17,567 bases of DNA, taken from assembly GCF_006345805.1 (NCBI RefSeq), contig NW_021824999.1, forward strand, positions 1-17,567, in the 5' to 3' direction. The notes under the pieces are model-generated. The model did no database searches, had not been told where the DNA came from, and was given only the letters and a program-made list of their open reading frames with translations. Made by a program: the position numbers and the translations under genes. The DNA comes from Octopus sinensis. Its lineage: Eukaryota. Shown here in pieces: positions 9,581-17,567 of this stretch; position 1 is the first letter of the stretch; every line of letters begins with the position of its first letter.

Positions 9581-9995
9581 TACACACACATACACACACA
9601 CAATACACACACACATATATATATATATATATACACCTGTATATGTACACATAGACATGCACACACATAAACACACACACACACACACACACGCACATAT
9701 ATCCATGTATTTTCACAGAAACTTCACACCTATAACCATTCTCTGATATTTTGTGACACAGAATATGCGTCTGTTTTGAGCATTTCATTCTTCCTTGAAC
9801 TACCATTGATCAAGCTGCGCTGACCTAGTTACTGTGAGACATTTCTTTTTCGATATTAGACACTTCATACGATTGTATATATATGTATGTACCCAGACAT
9901 GCAAGAAGGAAATAGACACCTTTAATTTTCAAAATCTTTTATTTAGTACGCAAAGCGAACAATTGAAATGTAATCAATAGGTAGGACTACATACT

Positions 9996-10429
9996 TTAGA
10001 ATTTAGTTGATATTCCGTTTGTAGTTTTTAATTCAGAAACTCTTTCTGGCATTGAACTGATAAATTTTGTGATTGTCTCTTGTGGTATTTCTGCCCACTT
10101 TTCACGCAACAATCGAAATAATTCTTCTTTGGATTTAGGTTTCTGTCGAGTTTTTCGTATAGCTCTATCTAGTATGCTCCAAAGATTTTCAATTGGGTTC
10201 ATGTCAGGAGATTGACCCGGCCAAGGAAGCTTTTTGATCCCATTTTCAGTCAGCCATTTTTGATTCCTTTTCGTTGTGTGGCATGGAGACCCATCTTTCA
10301 TGAATAAAACTCATTTTTCGTTACGTTATCGTGTGAGTACATCGGAAAAAGTCCTTGCTTAAGTATTTTGATGTATTTTTCAGAGTTTATGGTTCCAACA
10401 CATTCGATCAGCTCAGAACAACCATTCCT
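9996..10429 (-). pseudogene. Tc1-type (DD34E) transposase, C-terminal remnant, frameshifted and 5'-truncated
   Basis: ORF 9996-10301 has KDGSPCH...WPGQSPDMNPIENLW with 34 residues between D and E. Upstream, in another frame, it reads RNGCSELIECVGTINSEKYIKILKQGL, the typical GT.NS..Y..IL motif. Frameshift near 10302. Confidence 0.92.
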
Positions 10430-10618
10430 TACTTATGGTGAAAGGTGTCAAAACACCTTATCTGCTGAGGGCGAAGTAGCCTTAGTTAAATAGAAATCGT
10501 AGGTGTATAATCGAACAACAAATATTAATTAGTGACTCGCTCCCAGACCGTCCGGTCAGAATAAATTTAGTAGTGTTAGCGCTTTTGACTGATAAAGTAC
10601 AGCGTTGACATCAGCTCT

Positions 10619-12458
10619 ATTTGAACCCAGAACCTAACAGGCCATAACTAAATATAGCATTATACTTAAACGCCACGTACGATTCCATCAAATTAGTATT
10701 TTTATGTATTTTCTATCTTTACTACCCACAAGGAGATAAACACAGAGGGGACAAACAAGGACAGACAAAGGGATTAAGTCGATTATATCGACCCCAGTGC
10801 GAAACTGGTACTTTGTTTATCGACTCCAAAAGGATGAATGGCAAAGTCGACCTCGGCGGAATTTGAACTCAGAACGTAACGGCAGACGAAATACCAATAT
10901 CTTTACTACCCACAAGGGGCTAAACACAGAGGGGACAAACAAGGACAGAAGACGGATTAAGAAGATTATATCGACCCCAGAGCATAACTGGTACTTATTT
11001 AATCGACCCCGAAAGGATGAAAGGCAAAGTCGACCTCGGCGGAATTTGAACTCAGAACGTAACGGCAGAAGAAATGCCTATTTCTTTACTACCCACAAGG
11101 GGCTAAACACAGAGGGAACAAACAAGGACAGACAGACGGGTTAAGGCAAAGCTTACCTCGGCGGAATTTGAACCCAGAACCTAACAGGCCATAACTAAAT
11201 TTAGTATTATACTTAAACGTCACGTACGATTCCATCAAATCAGTATTTTTATGTATTTTCTATCTTTACCCCCACAAGGAGCTAAACATAGAGGGGACAA
11301 ACAAGGACAGACAGACGGATTAAGAAGATTATATCGACCCCAGAGCATAAATGGTACTTATTTAATCGACCCCGAAAGGGTGAAAGGCAAAGTCGACCTC
11401 GGCGGAATTTGAACTCAGAACGTAACGGCAGACGAAATACCTATTTCTTTATTACCCACAAGGGGCTAAACATAGAGGGGACAAACAAGGACAGACAAAG
11501 GTATTAAGTCGATTACATCGACCCCAGTGCGAAACTGGTACTTAATTTATCGACCCCGAAAGGATGAAAGGCAAAGTCGACCTCGGCGGAATTTGAACTC
11601 AAAACGTAACGGCAGACGAAATACCTATTCCCTATTTCTTTACTACCCACAAGGGGGCAAACAAGGACAGACAAAGGGATTAACTCAATTACATCGACCT
11701 CAGTGCGAAACTGCTACTTTATTTATCGATCCCGAAAGGATGAAAGGCAAAGTTGACCTCGGCGGAATTTGAATCTAGAACTAACAGGCCATAACTAAAT
11801 ATAGCATTATGCTTAAACGTCACGTACGATTCCATCAAATTAGTATTTTTATGTATTTTCTATCTTTACCCCACAAGGAGCTAAACCTAGAGGGGACAAC
11901 ACAGGACAGACAGACGGATTAGAAGATTATATCGACCCCAGAGCATAAATGGTACTGATTATTTAATCGACCCCGAAAGGGTGAAAGGCAAAGTCGACCT
12001 CGGCGGAATTTGAACTCAGAACGTAACGGCAGACGAAATACCTATTCTTTATTACCCACAAGGGGCTAAACATAGAGGGGACAAACAAGGACAGACAAAG
12101 GTATTAAGTCGATTACATCGACCCCAGTGCGAAACTGGTACTAAATTTATCGACCCCGAAAGGATGAAAGGCAAAGTCGACCTCGGCGGAATTTGAACTC
12201 AAAACGTAACGGCAGACGAAATACCTATTCCCTATTTCTTTACTACCCACAAGGGGGCAAACAAGGACAGACAAAGGGATTAACTCAATTACATCGACCT
12301 CAGTGCGAAACTGCTACTTTATTTATCGATCCCGAAAGGATGAAAGGCAAAGTTGACCTCGGCGGAATTTGAATCTAGAACCTAACAGGCCATAACTAAA
12401 TATAGCATTATGCTTAAACGTCACGTACGATTCCATCAAATTAGTATTTTTATGTATT
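10619..12458 (-). repeat. Higher-order repeat: 95-bp spacer X alternating with three headless family A SINE units, (X-S-S-S')x3-X
   Basis: X at 10619-10713, 11166-11260, 11767-11860 and 12367-12458; periods 547, 601 and 600 bp. The SINE units are homologous to 2885-4357 and share the same internal junction. Confidence 0.92.
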
Positions 12459-12684
12459 CTAAACTAATGTAAACAACTAACGGAATCTAGTGTCAAAAAC
12501 ATCAACAGTCTTGTTATTGGTTTCGTCACAAACAACTGGACTGTTGTACTAATACGTTACTAAAAGGTCAGTCCATTTCAGTTCTTTTTTAGTTCTCACG
12601 CCTTTGTTTACGTCGAAATTCTTCGAAAGCGATAAACATTGAATTGTTTTGCCGTCCATTATTTAATGGCTGTATGCGTAATCT

Positions 12685-12718
12685 CCGCCGCCGCCGCCGC
12701 CGACCGACGACGACGACG
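12685..12718. repeat. (CCG)n(CGA)n trinucleotide repeat
   Basis: Direct reading. Confidence 0.85.
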
Positions 12719-12937
12719 AGGTGGGGTTTCTGTCGGCCACCTGAAGTGTCAAACCGACTGGGTTCTTTTGGTTCTGTTGTCAATTAAATAGCAGCACAAT
12801 CGGTGAAGAGACAGGAAGAAGACACGGCTAAGCTCAGGCGAAGGTGTTTAAATGGGTTCCGTGTTTTCTTGGACATTTTCTGAGTATAGAAATAATAACA
12901 AAGACAACGTCGACAATACGAGCAGCGTTAATACGGA

Positions 12938-13033
12938 CACCACCCACCACCTCTACTGCGACCGATACCATCAACGACAATGCCACCACTAGCTCCACCA
13001 CCTCTACTACGACCGATACCATCAACGACAATG

Positions 13034-13081
<48 letters not shown>

Positions 13082-13540
13082 ATACTACTACTAATACAAC
13101 CATCACCACCACCACTTCTACTACTACTACTTCTACTACTACAACTGCTGCTGCTACTACTACTACTACTACTACTACAAATGCCACCACCACCAACACC
13201 ACCACCACTGTGATTACTACTACTACCACCACAAAGAACCTCTACTACCGCTACTACCACAACCACCAACACCGCCACTACCATCAACGCTACCACTACG
13301 ACCACCACTACGACCACCACCACCACACCATCATCAACTCCACTACTACCATCACCACCATCGCCACCACACTCGCCATCGCCACCACCACCGCCGGCGC
13401 CACCGGAACCACCATCGTTGCCCCACCATCGCCGCCCACACCACTACCACCATCATCATCACTACCACCACCATCATCATCCTTACCACCACCATCATCA
13501 TCACTACCACCACTACCACAACAACCATCAACACCGCCAT
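12938..13540. repeat. Degenerate (ACT)n/(ACC)n/(ATC)n trinucleotide tract
   Basis: Direct reading. Includes a 51-bp-period duplication (CCACCTCTACT.CGACCGATACCATCAACGACAATGCCACCAC). Confidence 0.92.
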
Positions 13541-13774
13541 TTCCTACCGGATAATTTCTTGATCCAAATCTTGATAACCAAACACACAAATTATAACCCG
13601 TCTCGCCGAGAGTTCGCGTAGAACTACGGTGAAGTGTCAAGTGTCTAGCAAGGACGCATGCACAAGCGCTATACGAAAGTTAGCTACTTAGTAGCGTGAT
13701 TGAAGTTTAGCGTCGGCAAAAAACCCCTCCAAAACCCCGAACTGATGTCTTGGCTAATCCAATAAAACTATTTC

Positions 13775-13932
13775 TAGGATTGGCAAGGTGTGTAAGATTT
13801 TGAGGGAAGGGGCAGTCGATAATATGGATGCCAGAGCTCAACTGGTGCATGTTTCATCGACCCTGAAATGATGAAAGGCAAAGTCGACCTCGGCGGAATT
13901 TGAAATCGGAACGTAAAGGAGGAAGAAATACG
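13775..13932 (-). mobile_element. Degenerate family A-related SINE with alternative (type B) tail, headless
   Basis: GATGAAAGGCAAAGTCGACCTCGGCGGAATTTGAA is identical to the array units. The left part matches the reverse complement of the tail at 16125-16165. Confidence 0.8.
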
Positions 13933-13998
13933 AGGTAAAAGACAAAATATGTGTGTGTGCTTGTGTCTGTCTGTGTTTGTGTGTGTGTATGTGTGTGT

Positions 13999-14107
13999 AG
14001 GCGCAGGAGTGGCTGTGTGGTAAATAGTTTGCTTACCAACCACATGGTTCTGGGGTTCAGTCCCACTGCGTGGTAACTTGGGCAAGTGTGTTCCACTATA
14101 GCCTTAG
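13999..14107 (+). mobile_element. Family C SINE, 5' part only
   Basis: AGGCGCAGGAGTGGCTGTGTGGTAAATAG...GGGTTCAGTCCCACTGCGTGGTAACTTGGGCAAGTG, nearly identical to the reverse complement of 1515-1619. Confidence 0.9.
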
Positions 14108-14464
14108 TCATTGGACAGCGACCATACTAGGGCATCACCTTGACAGGTTTTAGTCAAACAAATCGACCCCTATTTTATAAACCTTGTACTTGTTCTATCG
14201 TTATTTTTTATTTACTGAAAAGCTGTTACGTGGACATAAACAAACCAACATCAGTTTACGAACGCTGGCGGTGGCAGTGGGACAAACACATACACAGATG
14301 TATTAACACAATGGGCTTCCACTCAGTTTTCGTCAAGCAAATTCACTTCCAAGGCATTGGCCGGTGGGGGCTATAGTTTTAGGTACTTGCCAAGCATGGT
14401 CCACATTGGAACTGAACCGAAATGGGCCGCAACGTGAACTTTTTGCAGCATAGTCATCTCTGCG
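14107..14464 (-). mobile_element. Old diverged family C SINE
   Basis: Colinear similarity to 1236-1617 (TACTT.TTCTATCGTT, GGACATAAACA.ACCA.CATC.GTT, GGGCTT, GGCTATAG, ACTTGCC, ACTGAACC). Confidence 0.75.
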
Positions 14465-14496
14465 TCAACACACACACACACACATCTAAATTCGGG

Positions 14497-14810
14497 GCAC
14501 TCCGTCGGTTACGACGACGAGTGTTCAAGTTGATCCGATCAACGGAACAGCTTGCTATGAAATTAACCTGTCCGTGGCTGAGCCCTTCACAGGCACGTGT
14601 ACCCTTAACGCAGTTCTCGGGGAGATTCAGCGTGACACAGAGTGTGACAAGGCTGGCCCCTTTGAAGTTCAGGTACACCAGAAACAGGAAGAAAGAGGGA
14701 GAGAAACTTGTGGTGAAAAAGTACAGCAGGGTTTGCCACAACCCCCTGCAGAAGTCTCGTGGACCTTCCGGTGTTTTCGCTCAATAAACAAACACTCACA
14801 ACGTCCGGTC
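14497..14810 (-). mobile_element. 5'-truncated SINE of a third family
   Basis: Bounded by microsatellites and homologous to 1072-1205. The minus-strand AAGGGTACACGTGCCTGTG...TTTCATAGCA is reminiscent of the Nin/Deu conserved SINE domain (from memory, unverified). Confidence 0.6.
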
Positions 14811-15267
14811 TATAGATAAATAGATGATAGATGGATAAATGCAGAAGTATTATGGGATTCAACATACACACACATACACACACATACATACATATACACA
14901 CACGCTCACATATATACAAACACATATACACACACATATATAAACACACCCATACACATATATATATACATATATATATACACACACATGCACGCACACA
15001 CACTCATATACATACACACCACACACACATATATATATATACACACACACGCACACATATATAAATACACACATACACACACACATATATGTACGCACTC
15101 ATACACACATACACACACACGCACACACACATATATATATACACATACACACACACACACATATATATATATACACACATACACACACACGCACACATAT
15201 ATATATATATACACATACACACACACACACATATATATATATATACACATACACACACACGCACAAA

Positions 15268-15301
<34 letters not shown>

Positions 15302-15337
15302 ACACACACGCACACACACATATATATATATACACAT

Positions 15338-15387
<50 letters not shown>

Positions 15388-15462
15388 GCACACACATCTA
15401 TATACACACATACACACACACACACTCATATATATATATATATATATATACACACGCATATA
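14811..15462. repeat. (TAGA)n then long compound (CA)n/(TA)n microsatellite with alternating blocks of about 30-35 nt
   Basis: Direct reading. Confidence 0.95.
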
Positions 15463-15961
15463 TAATTCATATTATCGCCCTAACTTGTACTCTTGCGGTT
15501 TGTTTAATAATTCCGTTTACAATTTTAATAAACTGTTATATATAAATATATATATAACAGACATTTAATTCCAAATACTATAACAAATTTAATATTGAAC
15601 CAGAACATCAAGATTGGAGGACAAATTTAATCAAAATGATAATTGCTCTCATTTTACCAAGACTCATGCTTTTATTAAATCATTTTGTTGTTTGCCTTGT
15701 TAATAAAACACGTAAGATTTCCCATCGACAAGCGACGTCAGATGAGGTTTATGGTTTCCATCTTGTATCAATAAATTCGCAACTGAGTTACAGAGTTTGA
15801 CTGTTACTAAGATAAATTCATATTTCGTTATTGATTTGTGACATTAGCATACTGTTTCAACTTTGGGCGAAAGCTTCCAGTTCACATCATTGATTGACCA
15901 ATCCGCCTCATGGACTTGGCTGGTACATATTGTATCGAACTGGTAGAATATAACGAAAATT

Positions 15962-16183
15962 AAGGCGGCGAGCTGGCAGAAACGTTAGCATGTCGGGCGA
16001 AATGCATAGCCATATTTCGTCTGCCGCTACGTTCTGAGTTCAAATTCCGCCGAGGTCGACTTTGCCTTTCATCCTTTCGGGGTCGCTAAATTAAGTGCCA
16101 GTTGCGTACTGGGGTCGATGTAATCGACTGGCCCTTCTCCCAAAATTTCTGGCCTTCTGTCTAGAATAAAAAAGATTATTATT
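15962..16183 (+). mobile_element. Full-length family A SINE with type B tail ending in (ATT)n
   Basis: AAGGCGGCGAGCTGGCAGAAACG head, B box GAGTTCAAATTCC, body GTCGACTTTGCCTTTCATCCTTTCGGGGTCG, tail GCCCTTCTCCCAAAATTTCTGGCC...GATTATTATT. Confidence 0.9.
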
Positions 16184-16185
16184 GT

Positions 16186-16388
16186 AAGGTGGCAGCGAAC
16201 TGGCAGAATCGTTAGCACGCTGGGCGAAATGTTTAGCAGTATTTCGTCTGCCGCTACGTTCTGAGTTCAAATTCATTTCGGGGTTGAGAAATTAAGTACC
16301 AGTTACGCACTGGGGTCGATGTAATCGACTTAATCTGTCTGTCTGTCCTTGTTTGTCCCCTCTGTGTGTAGCCCCTTGTGGGTAGTAA
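16186..16388 (+). mobile_element. Family A SINE with type A tail and an internal deletion of about 25-30 bp
   Basis: Head plus B box, deletion after GTTCAAATTC, tail GTCTGTCCTTGTTTGTCCCCTCTG...CCCCTTGTGGGTAGTAA. Confidence 0.88.
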
Positions 16389-16520
16389 CTGGTACTTAAT
16401 TTATCGACCCCGAAAGGATGAAATGCAAAGTCGACCTCGGCGGAATTTGAACTCACAACGTAACGGCAGACGAAATACCGCTAAGCATTTTGCTCGACGT
16501 GCAAACGGTTCTGCCAGCTC
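16385..16520 (-). mobile_element. Family A SINE 5' half, inverted against the preceding copy
   Basis: GTAACTGGTACTTAATTTATCGACCCCGAAAGG...GACGAAATACCGCTAAGCATTT...TTCTGCCAGCTC. Confidence 0.88.
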
Positions 16521-16954
16521 TATTATTGAAAAATTGATCTCTCAAAGGTTACCTGCTAAGGTAATTAGGGCTGAGCTGCTAGAAGGAATCGTTCTGTTCA
16601 TTTTGGACAACTGATCGTGGAGAAGAAATCAGAATTTCTGTTGGATCAAACTTTAGAAAATAAAACCCCAAGGAACTGTCAAGTGCGATGTTTTTCCAAA
16701 GCAGAGAGATATTTATGGAATCTCTCCCCAAAGCATGCTATTTCTAAGGAAAATGGAATCGTCTTGAGGTTTCATCTGAATTTTGCCGAAGACCTCAATA
16801 ATTCCATCTGTCATAAAAGTTGAAAAAAGGAAGGTTAGAATGGAATTCACTGGAGCTGAACTGATAGATTTTTATGAAGAGTGAAGATCGATCAAAGAAA
16901 GAATATCCAATGACTAAACACGGGATTTTCTGCGTTCCGAAATAGACACATTCG

Positions 16955-17215
16955 GGCACAGGTCATGGTTGGATGGTTAATAAGCTTGCCTTGCAACTAC
17001 GCGGTTTTAGGTTCAATCCCACTATGCAATACCTTGGAGAAATATTTTCTGCCATGACACTGGGCTGATCAGTGAATGATTTGGGAGACGGAAACTGTGC
17101 GGAAGCCTATATAGAGTTATTTGAGTGTGTCTGTAAAACCCACCGCTTGCCGATCGGTGCTGGTTTGTTTACCTCCCTACAAATTATCTCTTCGGCAATA
17201 GAGACCGATACATAT
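16955..17215 (+). mobile_element. Old diverged family C SINE
   Basis: TGGTTGGATGG (A-like), GGTTCAATCCC (B box), ACCTTGG, GACGGAAACTG..GGAAGCC and GGTGCTGGTTTGTTTAC are colinear with family C. Confidence 0.75.
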
Positions 17216-17273
17216 GGTGATTGACTACTTATGTAGAGTCTCAACACCTTAAAACCAGACAATGTTTCGAAAA

Positions 17274-17310
<37 letters not shown>

Positions 17311-17339
17311 AGTAAAAGAGAGAGAGTATGCATGTATTT

Positions 17340-17440
17340 GTGTGTGTGTGTGTGTCTGTGTGAGTTTATCTCCCATCATCACTTGGCAATCGATGTTTGT
17401 GTGTTTACGTCCCCGTAACATAGCGGTTTGGCAAACACGC
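17340..17440 (+). mobile_element. Family C SINE central fragment
   Basis: CTTGGCAATCGATG..TGTGTGTTTACGTCCCCGTAACATAGCGGTTTGGCAAA matches the reverse complement of 1336-1392. Confidence 0.75.
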
Positions 17441-17567
17441 ACAAGCTCATTAAAATCTCATATTAAAGTTTAATTTGCATGTGGCTATTAAACACAGAAT
17501 GTTGAAAGAAGCAAAATATAAAATAAAACAAATTTTCACCTGCTAATTACATGCCAACGTCCACCGA

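Noticed and set aside
12844-13554. 236-aa Thr/His/Pro-rich mucin-like CDS
   Set aside because: It has a non-ATG start, several frames on both strands are open because the tract is a stop-poor trinucleotide repeat, and the register shifts (Thr to Tyr/His to Pro). There is no splice or domain evidence.
13999-14464. Single TIR element formed by inverted family C sequences
   Set aside because: The two copies differ greatly in divergence and are better explained as independent young and old SINE insertions.
15962-16060. Functional tRNA gene (also 4300-4410, 1545-1619 and 13999-14070)
   Set aside because: A and B boxes are present, but there is no canonical cloverleaf and the sequence continues into SINE bodies.

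Overview
AT-rich, repeat-saturated eukaryotic non-coding DNA. It is probably from an octopus or other cephalopod, inferred from the tRNA-derived SINE types and the extreme microsatellite density. No intact host gene is supported, and almost all listed ORFs are microsatellite or SINE read-through artefacts. The window holds: (i) many (TA)n/(CA)n/(TATC)n/(ACT)n microsatellites; (ii) at least three tRNA-derived SINE families; (iii) two concatemeric arrays of one SINE, built from about 184-bp headless units that always join at the same point, the loop edge of a long hairpin in the SINE 5' region; (iv) four or five unrelated short elements, mostly abutting microsatellites, each with a minimal type I hammerhead-ribozyme-like motif as known from Penelope-like element (PLE) pLTRs, two of them as large fold-back palindromes; (v) a frameshifted Tc1-type (DD34E) transposase remnant; (vi) a MITE-like 40-bp perfect inverted repeat around microsatellite. 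The fixed-junction SINE concatemers and the variant hammerhead motifs are the most interesting signals.
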